A stretch of DNA of 64,000 nt from NCBI GenBank assembly GCA_964563935.1, contig CAZLZE010000002.1, positions 6,205-70,204 on the forward strand, written 5' to 3'. Origin of the DNA: an uncultured Phycisphaerae bacterium. GTDB lineage: Bacteria; Planctomycetota; Phycisphaerae; JAAYCJ01. Numbering within the stretch: position 1 is the stretch's first letter; the number at the start of each line of letters is the position of its first letter. The notes beneath the pieces were generated by a model that made no database searches, had not been told where the DNA came from, and was given only the letters and a program-made list of their open reading frames with translations. Positions 7,419-16,958 of the stretch are shown here, one piece after another. The translations under genes and the position numbers were made by a program.

Positions 7419-9026
7419 TCACGCCTCGACGCGGGCTTCGGCGGATTCGACCAGGGTGCCGCCGGTTTCGGGCGATTGTGCCAAGGAGCTTAGGCGAAGA
7501 TACGACACACCGACGGTTTCGCGAAGCAAAGGCAGCGTACAAAACGCCTGGCCGCTGACCAGGACCTGGCATTGGCGCTTGGCGAGATCCCAATTGAGTT
7601 CCAGGTCGTGCCAGACGTTCGGCTTCACCATCGCCGGGGTTAGTTCCAGATTAAAAAGATTGTAAAAGCGGTCCTCCAGATCGAACGGAACGGAAAAATG
7701 GTCCGTAAGCCCGATGCGGACGCCCCCGGATCCTGCTTTCACCATCATCCGAAGACGAAGCTGGCCGCATCGTCCCGAAGGGAAGTTCCACACGGCGGCG
7801 GCAGGCCAATCGGCGTCGATTCGTCGCAATTCGAGAACCTTTGCATTCGCCTTCTCCGGATGCGGGGAGAATTCCACGCCCTTCGTTCCAAATTTGGCCC
7901 ATTCCTCTTCGCCCGCGTCAAAATCCGCCTTCTGTGAAGTCTCCAGCAGCCAGTTCGGATCCATCTGCATCAGGAGCACTCGCCCTTTGCCCTGGCCCGT
8001 GCAGTAGAGCACCTTGCCGTCGTTCGCCGTCGTCGGAAAAGGATACCCCGTCCCGAAGTCGCCGTTGGGCGGAGGCGGTTCGAGACGCCGCGGATCGCGG
8101 GCCACTTCACGATAGCCGCGCCACGTCTGGCCTTCGTCATCCGAAATGGCGGCGTGAATGACGTGCCGACCACCGAAGGCATAAGGGAAGCGCAGGCAGT
8201 TGTTCCAGAAAAGCACGATGCGGCCATCGTCCAGCCGCGTCAATCCCGCCGGTGAATCGGACGACAGGATCGACGTCGGACGCGGTGACGACCAGATCGC
8301 GCCGTCATCGGAAAACGACTCATAGAACCGCCCCTGCTGCGTGCGGATCAGCATCCACACCCGCCTGTCCTTAAGCTGCAGGACCATCGGCTCGACCGCA
8401 CCGTACGCGGAGACGATATCCGGCACGGGCACGCGAATATTCGACCCCTGTGCCCAGGTCGCCCCGCCGTCGTCGGAATAGATCACCGTGCAATCATACT
8501 GACCCATGAACGTGTAGGTGTCGAGCCCTTCGCCGCGTTTGTCCCACGCACGCGTGGTCAGCCACGAAAACGGCAGCAGGATTCGTCCATTGGTCATCTG
8601 GATCACCGAATTCAGCGCGCCGGTATACCCCTTCCAGATCAGCCGGGGACTCGACCATGTCGTCCGCGCCCCGCTCGATCGAGCATACCAGATGTCGAGC
8701 CGAACATTCGTCAGTTCGCCGATCAGCACCCGCTCGCCTTCGCCCTCGCCCGTCACCGCCCCCGCCGGATCGTTCATAATGAAAAGATGCACCTCGCCAT
8801 CACGCGTCAGAAGAGGCATGACCCAGATCCAGCTTCCCGGCCCTTTTGACCGCTCCAGCAGGCGCTCGGGTTCGCCCCAGGACGCGCCGTTGTCTTTCGA
8901 CAAACGGCTAACGACTTCCTGCGTCTGGTCGCTCGCCTGAACAAAAACGCTCATGAGCGTTCCGTCGGCGAGCCGTAGAACGATCAGGGGGTTATCCATG
9001 ACGAATAGGGCAATCGGTTTGGCCAT
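7419..9026 (-). CDS. Sialidase-family / BNR-repeat protein
   Basis: Asp-boxes SKDNGASW, SDDGGATW, SDDGAIW, SDDEGQTW. Confidence 0.85.
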   Translation of the reverse strand: MAKPIALFVMDNPLIVLRLADGTLMSVFVQASDQTQEVVSRLSKDNGASWGEPERLLERSKGPGSWIWVMPLLTRDGEVHLFIMNDPAGAVTGEGEGERVLIGELTNVRLDIWYARSSGARTTWSSPRLIWKGYTGALNSVIQMTNGRILLPFSWLTTRAWDKRGEGLDTYTFMGQYDCTVIYSDDGGATWAQGSNIRVPVPDIVSAYGAVEPMVLQLKDRRVWMLIRTQQGRFYESFSDDGAIWSSPRPTSILSSDSPAGLTRLDDGRIVLFWNNCLRFPYAFGGRHVIHAAISDDEGQTWRGYREVARDPRRLEPPPPNGDFGTGYPFPTTANDGKVLYCTGQGKGRVLLMQMDPNWLLETSQKADFDAGEEEWAKFGTKGVEFSPHPEKANAKVLELRRIDADWPAAAVWNFPSGRCGQLRLRMMVKAGSGGVRIGLTDHFSVPFDLEDRFYNLFNLELTPAMVKPNVWHDLELNWDLAKRQCQVLVSGQAFCTLPLLRETVGVSYLRLSSLAQSPETGGTLVESAEARVEA

Positions 9027-9041
9027 GAAAAACTGTCCTTT

Positions 9042-10148
9042 CTACACCGTAAACTTGAACCAGCGAATGTTCGACACGCAATCCTCGTAGCCCCAGAACG
9101 CGACGAAGATCGAGCCGTCCTTCGTACGCGTAATGCACGGGGCTCCGAATCGCAGCACGGCGAAGTTCTTTGACATATTGTCCGACGTCGCCGTCAATCC
9201 CTGCACCTGGTGGCCCCAGAGCGGCTCGGCCGCCTCATTGACCCAGCGATCGCCGTCAAGGTGCGAAAAGTTCGCCCACAATCCGGGCGTATCCATCCGC
9301 CGATACACACACAAAAACCGCCCGTCGTCGAGGACAAACGGCGTCAGCGTCTGGCCCAAAAGCCCCGTCGACGCCGGCTGAGACCACGTCTTTCCGCCGT
9401 CCTTGCTGAGCACGTACTGATTGGGCCGATCCTTCTTCGCCTTTTCATCATACGCCCAGGCCACCGCCATCAGCCGCCCGTCAGGAAGCTCGAGGATCTT
9501 CGACTCCCAATAAAATACACTGAAGTCCGATTCCTTCATCACATCCCAATACTCAGGCCATGTCTTGCCGCGATCGTGCGAGACCAGCGCCACCATCTTC
9601 TTGCCGTTCGGGCAGCTTCCGTCCCACCCCGGCCAGGTGGATGTCGGTATGATCCAGCGCCCGTCACGAAGCGGCGTGATCGGGCAGCACTGCTCAAACG
9701 ACGGCCCCACCAACGGCGGCTTGATCGGCGACGGCTCGGACCAGGTCCGTCCAAAATCCTTCGATCGGAGAAGTAACAGTTCCGTCGGAACGAACCCCTG
9801 CGTCTCAGGGCTGGTCAGCCCTTCCTCCGGATGATCCGTCCGATCGCTCCGCACCATAAACACCGCCGCCTCACCGTCCGCAAACGCAGTGATCCGGCAA
9901 TAATCCGACGTCACTCGGTCCTTCGTCCCGGGATAGATCCTGCCTTGCAGGGTCCACGTCTCTCCGTTATCGGTCGATCTTGCGATGTAGGTGTGGGAAT
10001 CGGCCGACTCGAACGCCTGGCCCAACGCCAGCGTCGCCACCATCTCGCCGTTACTCATCACAGCCACCGATGGAAAATACGCATGCTCGCTGCGAACGTG
10101 CGGTTTGGGGTTTCGGTAAATCAGTCCGCTCCTGAGATTCTTTAGCAT
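9042..10148 (-). CDS. Sialidase-family / BNR-repeat protein
   Basis: Asp-boxes STDNGETW, SKDFGRTW, SHDRGKTW, SKDGGKTW. Confidence 0.85.
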   Translation of the reverse strand: MLKNLRSGLIYRNPKPHVRSEHAYFPSVAVMSNGEMVATLALGQAFESADSHTYIARSTDNGETWTLQGRIYPGTKDRVTSDYCRITAFADGEAAVFMVRSDRTDHPEEGLTSPETQGFVPTELLLLRSKDFGRTWSEPSPIKPPLVGPSFEQCCPITPLRDGRWIIPTSTWPGWDGSCPNGKKMVALVSHDRGKTWPEYWDVMKESDFSVFYWESKILELPDGRLMAVAWAYDEKAKKDRPNQYVLSKDGGKTWSQPASTGLLGQTLTPFVLDDGRFLCVYRRMDTPGLWANFSHLDGDRWVNEAAEPLWGHQVQGLTATSDNMSKNFAVLRFGAPCITRTKDGSIFVAFWGYEDCVSNIRWFKFTV

Positions 10149-10177
10149 ACTAAACTCCTTGAGTGATAATTCATCTG

Positions 10178-11920
10178 TTATCCGCCCCAGAAAATGGGAA
10201 ATCGTCCGTCCAAAATCTCGTTTCCGATCCGGTGAACGGGCAGCGAAAGGGGCTTCTCGCTCGCGTGCCGCATTCGCAACTCAAACTCCTCGGGCCGGCC
10301 GAAACGGCATATGGCCGACCACCAGGAAATATTGTCGGTAAAGGCGTCCCAGAGGCAAATCCCGTCCGCGCCGTCGGCGAACAGCGTTTTGATGTCGTTA
10401 AGATGGTTCGCCAGGGGTTCGAAAATATTGAGCATGGGAAAAATCCTGACCTTGCCGCATTCCCTGACTTCGCGGAAGAATTTCATGTCCCATGTTCGCT
10501 TGGTCTCGCCAAACCCGTACTTGTACGCGTGAATCTCATCGACCAGCCCTTCCCTCACCATCCGGCGAAGGTCCACCGCATAGCGAAGATTGTCCGCCTC
10601 GTCGCCCAATACACACACGCTGATCTCGAGCCGTTTGCCATTCCCCCGCCACCCTTCTTCGCGATCCAGCATATCGCGAACTTCCTTCATAAATGTAATG
10701 ACCACATCGGATCGCAATTTCTGAATGCGCGGGTCCGATTCGTCCAGCGCGTGCGGGTCCTCGCCATACTGCTTTCGAAACAACTCGCAGAACGCCGGTT
10801 CATACAGCACCATGGGAAAACCGCGATTAAAGACAATGTGCACGCCATCCGCCCCAAGTTCGACGGCCTCGCGAAGAACGTCCAGCAAATGCGCCCGCAC
10901 CTCCGGCACCGCCCAACTCATCCGCGCTACCGGCGTACCGTCTTTGTCTATCGTTCGCCATTCCGGATGCCGGCGGTAGAACGGCGACTCAAACAGGTCC
11001 GTGTACGGCGGGTAGTAACTCCATAACGCCGGACGAAACCCCACGTGTACCTTCATCCCGATATCGTGAGCCCCGTCGATCAGTACCTTCGTGGGATTGA
11101 TCTTCTTTCGAGCCAGTTCCCGAACCGCTTCCACAAAGTACCGGTCGCCCGCTTCGGGGAAACTGTCGATGTCCTGCCCGAACATAAACCCGAATTTGGA
11201 GGGATAATTCACCTGGTCCGAACCGCCCAGGTGCAGCAGAAGCGTCTTGAAATCCGTATCGCGATAGATCTCGACTTCCGAGAGCAGCTCCTCTTCCGTC
11301 GTGGGACGGCGCTCGTAGATGAAACTGAACCCATCGCATGAAGCCGCCAGCGACCGCCGGGTCGGATTGTCCCGATCCGCCAGAAAACCGGAAATCTCCG
11401 CCTCGCTCAGCGGAATCAACTTGATGTAGGCGACACTGCAGCGGTGAATAATCCCACCCGGGGTCTGCGAAATCTCAAGGCACTGATCCTTCAGTTCCGC
11501 CACCTTGTAAAAGATGTCCTGAATATTCCAGTAGCCCTGATCCACCTTGGTCGATCGCGGAATCGAGGCCCGCTGACCGTCGAGTTTCAGCCAGACCTGA
11601 GTCTTGCCCCCCGGAACCACACACAACATCCCCACGAAGATGGCATACCATCCATTCACCGGCAGAGGCACCCGAACCTTGGGCACGCGATTATCCTCGA
11701 ATGCCCAGATCAGGTTCCCCTGAATTCCCCCCGCCTCGTAAGGAAATACCCGCCAGGCCCCCTGCTTCAGCCGTGAGGAACAGGCTTCGGGAGGCACAAA
11801 GCGAGTCATGTCCGACAAGATTACCGCCTTGTCCCAGTTCGCCCAGTTTGACGCCAGAATGCCTGTCCAAGGCTTCTGTTCACTCGCGCCCGTCGTGCCC
11901 ATGACCGTTCCTTTCCTCAT
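10178..11920 (-). CDS. Putative glycoside hydrolase (GHL10/DUF187-like TIM barrel)
   Basis: FYRRHPEWR..MSWAVPEVRAHLLDVLREAVELGADGVHIVFNR pattern; 580 aa. Confidence 0.6.
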   Translation of the reverse strand: MRKGTVMGTTGASEQKPWTGILASNWANWDKAVILSDMTRFVPPEACSSRLKQGAWRVFPYEAGGIQGNLIWAFEDNRVPKVRVPLPVNGWYAIFVGMLCVVPGGKTQVWLKLDGQRASIPRSTKVDQGYWNIQDIFYKVAELKDQCLEISQTPGGIIHRCSVAYIKLIPLSEAEISGFLADRDNPTRRSLAASCDGFSFIYERRPTTEEELLSEVEIYRDTDFKTLLLHLGGSDQVNYPSKFGFMFGQDIDSFPEAGDRYFVEAVRELARKKINPTKVLIDGAHDIGMKVHVGFRPALWSYYPPYTDLFESPFYRRHPEWRTIDKDGTPVARMSWAVPEVRAHLLDVLREAVELGADGVHIVFNRGFPMVLYEPAFCELFRKQYGEDPHALDESDPRIQKLRSDVVITFMKEVRDMLDREEGWRGNGKRLEISVCVLGDEADNLRYAVDLRRMVREGLVDEIHAYKYGFGETKRTWDMKFFREVRECGKVRIFPMLNIFEPLANHLNDIKTLFADGADGICLWDAFTDNISWWSAICRFGRPEEFELRMRHASEKPLSLPVHRIGNEILDGRFPIFWGG

Positions 11921-12102
11921 TCTTCCGTGCCCCCATTATAAAATCTGTCATGACAGATTCAAGAGCTTTCCACCGATTTTGTCCGCCGCGTAATGCAGAG
12001 TGGTTCTGTCGATTGCACAGCGCCCAGCCCCCCAAATGCAACAAAAAAGCGTCCTGATGACTGTTTTGCCCGTATTTACACCGGTTTTGCGATTTTTGGG
12101 AT

Positions 12103-12130
12103 TTGAGGAAAGACTATAATTCGTTATACT
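12103..12130 (+). promoter_or_regulatory. Possible sigma70 promoter
   Basis: TTGAGG, 16 nt, TATACT, in an AT-rich divergent intergenic region that also has TATAAT at 12115-12120. Confidence 0.35.
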
Positions 12131-12163
12131 GAAGATTGTCCATTCACCGGAGTGTAAAGAAAT

Positions 12164-12931
12164 ATGGAAGGAAGGGACACGGGGTCCCCAAACCGTGAAC
12201 AGTTCGATATCGTCTGGGTCGGCAGGTCCGCCCCGGATGCCTATTGGGACCAATGTGCAGGCCGGTTCCTTGTCGCCGACTTCGACAACATCTACGACGC
12301 AATGGCCCGCGTGCTGACCGATCTGCAAGCCAGAATCCTGGTCCTCAACGCCCTATCCGTGGGAACAGAACTCACGACAATCGTAAAGACAGTCCTCTCC
12401 CAGGGCCTATTTTCCGGTGTCTTTATCTACACAACGGCTTACCGAACCCCTCAGTTCGTTCCCAACGGCGACGCTCGCGTCATGATGGTCGAAAGCCCCC
12501 AGCGGCTGTTCGATCGACTGACGCTGATCCTGAAAGGACAAACACCCGAGCCCATTATGACAGCGGAAACCAGGCATGCCGGGGAATCTGGAGAGGTTGA
12601 ACAAAAGAGGCAACCTGTGCCGTCGATTGAAACCCCCATACCCGTCAGTTGGCCCCAAGAGGCACCTGCACTCGAAAAGGATCATACGCGGCGAGCGGAC
12701 AAGCCGGAAGAATCGTCGCCCCCGCCTGCCATCACTCCGCAGGCAAGTAAAATGATGGAACCGTCGAGCGATGAGGCCGGTTCCCCCGAGATAAATCCGG
12801 TTCAACCATCTGCCCACGAACCGGAACAGCCCAAGTGCCCCCCTCAGAAAGAATTCAAAGCCGCTCAACTGACCCCCGAAGAACTGCAGGCCTTGCTGGG
12901 ACCTGATTTTCAGCCGGAGAAGGAAGAATGA
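12164..12931 (+). CDS. Hypothetical protein with Pro/Glu-rich linker and C-terminal LTPEELQALL motif
   Basis: 255-aa ORF whose stop overlaps the next start (ATGA). Confidence 0.7.
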   Translation: MEGRDTGSPNREQFDIVWVGRSAPDAYWDQCAGRFLVADFDNIYDAMARVLTDLQARILVLNALSVGTELTTIVKTVLSQGLFSGVFIYTTAYRTPQFVPNGDARVMMVESPQRLFDRLTLILKGQTPEPIMTAETRHAGESGEVEQKRQPVPSIETPIPVSWPQEAPALEKDHTRRADKPEESSPPPAITPQASKMMEPSSDEAGSPEINPVQPSAHEPEQPKCPPQKEFKAAQLTPEELQALLGPDFQPEKEE

Positions 12932-14283
12932 TCGTTAGCACGGAAAAATGGACGGATATCGGGCGGGTTCTTCTGGTCGCCACCGACCCGGAGCTGCGAA
13001 ACCAGGTTGAGCAGGCCCTTCCCGCCGCAGAGACCGTCCAGGAAGAAACCGGCCTTGCCGGACTGTTGCGCACCTCACGAGAGAACTTCAACCTCGTCCT
13101 CCTGCGAATCCCAACTCAGGAAGATGATCTGGTGCCCGCACTTAGAAGTTACCGGCACGTGGATCCTTCCGTCCGCATCATCCTTCTGGCGAAAATGTTC
13201 GAGGAACCGCTGGCTCTTGGCCTGACCCAGCGGGGATTGGCCGATGACTATCTGATCCTGCCACTGCACAAGAAAGAACTGGATTTGGCTTTGAGGAAGT
13301 GCTTTCCGCGGTCGACGGGACGATCGATCGAGCCGATGGGAGCAGCCCCCTATTCCCGCCTGATCTCCGAGCCGGCCAACGCCCCTGCCGCGTCAGACCC
13401 TCAGCAGCTGCTCATCCGCGAAGTTACCGAACTGATCAACTCCGCCGAACTGGGACTCCAGGAATTGCTCGAACGGGTCTGCTGGTCGGCAGTGTTTCTC
13501 TGCAAAGCCCGAGGGGCCAAAATCACCTTCGGCGAGCATACCGCTTGTGTCGGAAGCGACGAATACTACGACCTGGTCATGCCTTTGATGGAAAACGGCA
13601 AGGAAATCGGTCAGATCGAACTGGCCACGGGAGCGGAGCACGCCGCCTGCTCGGTCGTCGCGGGATATCTCGATCAATTGATCCCCGGACTCGTGCGGCT
13701 GGCTTCTTCCCGGAACCGATTGCAGGAACTGGCCAACACCGACGCACTGACCGGACTGGCCAACCGTCGGCACTTCCAGGAAGTGGTCGAAAATCTGATC
13801 GCTCGCGCCCGCCACGAACGCTCCCGAGTCACTATCGTCATTTTCGACTTCGACGATTTCAAACACTTCAACGACGCCTATGGCCATGGGGCCGGCGACG
13901 AAATTCTACGCGAGTCCGGAATGCTCATCAAACGCTGCATCCGCCGCCAGGACCTGGCTGCACGATACGGGGGCGACGAATTCGCCGTTGTCCTCTGGGA
14001 TTGGCAGGAACGGCGAATCCCCAACAGCGAACACCCGCGATCCGCGATGGCCATCATGGAGCGCTTCCGCCGAATGTTGCGGGAACATGTCTTCCCTCGA
14101 CTGGGTCCCCAAGCCCACGGCGCACTAACCATCTCCGGCGGACTGGCCAGCTTCCCCTGGGACGCCTCCAGTGCCGAGGAATTGATCGAACGCGCCGACC
14201 AGGCCCTTCTCGAAGCCAAGCGATCCGGAAAAGACAGGGTCTACCTGGTGGGACAGGGGCCCGAGTCGACCAGGGCAACCTAG
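12928..14283 (+). CDS. Diguanylate cyclase with atypical receiver-like N-terminus
   Basis: TDALTGLANRR; DFDDFKHFNDAYGHGAGD; RRQDLAARYGGDEF (intact active site and RxxD I-site). Confidence 0.92.
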   Translation: MIVSTEKWTDIGRVLLVATDPELRNQVEQALPAAETVQEETGLAGLLRTSRENFNLVLLRIPTQEDDLVPALRSYRHVDPSVRIILLAKMFEEPLALGLTQRGLADDYLILPLHKKELDLALRKCFPRSTGRSIEPMGAAPYSRLISEPANAPAASDPQQLLIREVTELINSAELGLQELLERVCWSAVFLCKARGAKITFGEHTACVGSDEYYDLVMPLMENGKEIGQIELATGAEHAACSVVAGYLDQLIPGLVRLASSRNRLQELANTDALTGLANRRHFQEVVENLIARARHERSRVTIVIFDFDDFKHFNDAYGHGAGDEILRESGMLIKRCIRRQDLAARYGGDEFAVVLWDWQERRIPNSEHPRSAMAIMERFRRMLREHVFPRLGPQAHGALTISGGLASFPWDASSAEELIERADQALLEAKRSGKDRVYLVGQGPESTRAT

Positions 14284-14322
14284 ACGGCCCACGGGGAATT
14301 TCTCTTCATTCTCTCGGAATCT

Positions 14323-15204
14323 ATGGAGACGCTGGAACCTATGCGACGAATCGAATATCAGACAATTGTCAATGCAGTCAGAGACCTGTGCATCTCGGCA
14401 GCCCATCGATTGCCTTCGGATGTCGTTTCCGCCATCGAACGGGCCGTTCGGACAGAAACCGACACACGGGCAAAACACATGCTGGAACTGCTGCTCAAAA
14501 ACGCGGACGTGGCCGACAAAGAGATGTACCCCCTCTGCCAGGACACCGGCGTAACCGTCGTCTTCGTGGAGCAGGGAAACGAAGTCTTTGTCTCCGCTCC
14601 ACCTGAGGACCCCCAAGCCGGTATCATCGAAGCCATCAATGAAGGCGTCAAGGCTGGGTATCAGGACGGGTACCTGCGAAAAAGCATCGTGGATGATCCG
14701 GTGAAAGAGCGAAAGAACACCGGCACGAACACCCCAGCCGTCGTCCATCACTCATTTGTCCGCGGCGATCGCCTCAAAATCTCCGTCATGCTCAAAGGCG
14801 GCGGATGCGAAAACCGGAGCCAGGTCAAAATGCTGACCCCCGCGGAAGGTGAGGCCGGAGTTCAGAACTTCATTGTCGACGTTGTCCGAAAAGCCGGCGC
14901 CGATGCCTGCCCGCCTTTCGTCATCGGCGTGGGAATCGGTGGGAATTTCGAGGTGAGCTGCCTCCTGGCCAAGAAAGCATTGCTCCGTCCGCTTGACACA
15001 CCCAATATCCAACCCTATTATGCCAACCTCGAAAAATCCCTCCTGGAGAAGATCAACGATCTGGGAATCGGTCCCCAGGGTATGGGCGGCAGAACGACTG
15101 CCCTGGCCGTTCTCATCGAAACCCTTCCCTGTCATATCGCCTCTCTCCCCGTGGCCGTTAATGTTGAGTGCCATAGCCATCGACACGGTCATTGCGTAAT
15201 ATAA
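14323..15204 (+). CDS. Fe-S hydro-lyase (fumarate/tartrate hydratase) alpha subunit
   Basis: PLCQDTG, KGGGCEN, ACPPFVIGVGIGG, IGPQGMGG, PCHIASLPVAVNVECHSHRH. Confidence 0.93.
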   Translation: METLEPMRRIEYQTIVNAVRDLCISAAHRLPSDVVSAIERAVRTETDTRAKHMLELLLKNADVADKEMYPLCQDTGVTVVFVEQGNEVFVSAPPEDPQAGIIEAINEGVKAGYQDGYLRKSIVDDPVKERKNTGTNTPAVVHHSFVRGDRLKISVMLKGGGCENRSQVKMLTPAEGEAGVQNFIVDVVRKAGADACPPFVIGVGIGGNFEVSCLLAKKALLRPLDTPNIQPYYANLEKSLLEKINDLGIGPQGMGGRTTALAVLIETLPCHIASLPVAVNVECHSHRHGHCVI

Positions 15205-15267
15205 AATAACTTGCGACTCCTTATTCGGAAAAATTATGAAGTAAAATTATCAGTCCCCACTTGAAAT

Positions 15268-15295
15268 TTGTCACACACACCACATAAGATATAGT
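15268..15295 (+). promoter_or_regulatory. Sigma70 promoter
   Basis: TTGTCA (15268-15273), 16 nt, TATAGT (15290-15295). Confidence 0.6.
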
Positions 15296-15311
15296 AAAAG
15301 TATCAATTTTT

Positions 15312-15332
15312 TAGTTGCAAAGTCTGCAACTA
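15312..15332. promoter_or_regulatory. Candidate operator (perfect inverted repeat)
   Basis: TAGTTGCA-AAGTC-TGCAACTA just downstream of the promoter. Confidence 0.5.
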
Positions 15333-15374
15333 TCGATAATAAATAGATTTTTGTAGGATCATTGGGTCGGTGTT

Positions 15375-16121
15375 TTGATCATGGTGAAGGAACGTTTACA
15401 GAAAGTGCTATCCCGGGCGGGGGTAGGCTCACGTCGCGCATGCGAACAGCTTATCCTGGATGGACACGTCACGGTCAACAATGAGCCGGTATCCTCCCTG
15501 CCTATTCTCATCGATCCCGAAACAGATCGAGTCGCCATCGACGGCAAATCAATCAAAATCGCTCCTGAGGGCAAGATCTATTTAATGCTTAACAAACCCA
15601 AAGGCGTGGTTTCTACCGCCAAGGACGAGCGAGGGCGAAAAGGCGTACTCGATCTCCTGCCCGCCGGCGCTATCAGAGAGCGAGTATTCCCCGTGGGACG
15701 ACTGGATATGGAATCCCAGGGGCTTCTTCTTTTGACAAATGACGGGGAACTCACCCGTAAGTTGACGCACCCTAGTTTTGGCATAGAGCGAGTGTACGTG
15801 GCCGAAGTCGAGGGCCACGCGGATGGAACGATCGTAGAGAAATTACTCCATGGTGTGTGGCTTGCCGAAGGAAAGGCGAAGGCAAGCCGGATCAAGATCG
15901 TGAAAAGGGGTACCAAGCGGTCGGTGTTGGAAGTCACTTTGAGAGAAGGCAAGAATCGTCAGGTGCGTCGAATGTTGGCCAAACTGGGTTTGCCTGTCCG
16001 AAAGCTGACCCGTATTCGCATGGGCTCGTTGGAGTTGCGTGGAATCGGAGTTGGCCGGGTCAGACCGCTGACCCGTTCGGAACTGGTTGAATTAAAGCAA
16101 CTGGTAAAGGAAAAGGAATAG
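15375..16121 (+). CDS. rluB: rRNA pseudouridine synthase (RsuA/RluB family) with S4 domain
   Basis: ERLQKVLSRAGVGSRRACE (S4); LNKPKGVV; FPVGRLDMESQGLLLLTNDG; EGKNRQVRRM. Exact paralog assignment is uncertain. Confidence 0.88.
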   Translation: MIMVKERLQKVLSRAGVGSRRACEQLILDGHVTVNNEPVSSLPILIDPETDRVAIDGKSIKIAPEGKIYLMLNKPKGVVSTAKDERGRKGVLDLLPAGAIRERVFPVGRLDMESQGLLLLTNDGELTRKLTHPSFGIERVYVAEVEGHADGTIVEKLLHGVWLAEGKAKASRIKIVKRGTKRSVLEVTLREGKNRQVRRMLAKLGLPVRKLTRIRMGSLELRGIGVGRVRPLTRSELVELKQLVKEKE

Positions 16122-16150
16122 TTGCCATTCTCTCAAAGAATTGTTATAAT
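16122..16150 (+). promoter_or_regulatory. Sigma70 promoter for the REC-XRE regulator
   Basis: TTGCCA (16122-16127), 17 nt, TATAAT (16145-16150). Confidence 0.75.
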
Positions 16151-16197
16151 TATACTAACGTATTGTAAGTTAAATTGTTTGTGGGAAGGAATTAACG

Positions 16198-16803
16198 ATG
16201 AAACCAGAACAGATCAAAATTTTGGTTGCAGACGGGGACAAGACAAGCGCAGCCAAGTGTGCGGAGATTCTAGCTGGTAAAGGCTACCAGGTAGAGCAGG
16301 CACATACCCCGGACGAGGCACTGGCGAAAAGCACCGAAACACCGTTCCACCTAGTCATTACGGAAATGAGCTTTAATGGCCACGGAACGGGTATGGAAGT
16401 GATCAAGCAGGTCCGCGATCACCATCGCCACACCTGCGCGATCGTACTGACGGCCAGTCCGTCGCTGGAAAGCGCCATTCAGGCGATCCAGATGGGCGTG
16501 TGCGACTATCTGCCCAAACCGGTGCAGGAAGACCTGCTGCTTGACTCGGTCAACCGGTCATTGTCTCGTCGAGGCATCTACCTGACGAGCGAAGAGACGA
16601 TCAACAAGGCCATCGGCGCCCGGTTGCGCCAGTTGCGCCGCGAGCAGGGCTTGACGACTCAGCAACTTGCCAATCGGGTCGGCGTCACACAGTCGCAGAT
16701 CTCCCAGGTGGAGACCGGACGAAGTGCCGCCTCCGTCGTCACGCTCTACAAGATCGCGCAAGCGTTCGAAATGAGCCTGGCCGAAATGCTCGAAGGCGTC
16801 TAG
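16198..16803 (+). CDS. Response-regulator-like protein (receiver + XRE HTH)
   Basis: Receiver fold with DYLPKP; C-terminal IGARLRQLRREQGLTTQQLANRVGVTQSQISQVETG. Confidence 0.9.
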   Translation: MKPEQIKILVADGDKTSAAKCAEILAGKGYQVEQAHTPDEALAKSTETPFHLVITEMSFNGHGTGMEVIKQVRDHHRHTCAIVLTASPSLESAIQAIQMGVCDYLPKPVQEDLLLDSVNRSLSRRGIYLTSEETINKAIGARLRQLRREQGLTTQQLANRVGVTQSQISQVETGRSAASVVTLYKIAQAFEMSLAEMLEGV

Positions 16804-16958
16804 ACCTGACTGCGCTGAACCGTGCGGCAAGGCTGGTTCCGATATGGAACCGCCAACCGCCTGAGTAAGGGTGGGCGGATTGGCAGGCACTGCCAATTAT
16901 GATTCAGGAAAAAAGCATCGCTTTCTTCCTTTCGGCAACTGAATTGAAGAAGTAATCA

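Noticed and set aside
10163-11026. Long antisense or off-frame ORFs (also 13299-14606, 17437-18369, 39819-40670, 59062-60054 and others)
   Set aside because: They overlap well-supported genes and lack motifs; expected in GC-rich coding DNA.
16805-16958. Known c-di-GMP riboswitch upstream of gspE
   Set aside because: I could not match the conserved GEMM or class II elements by eye; kept only as an unassigned structured region.
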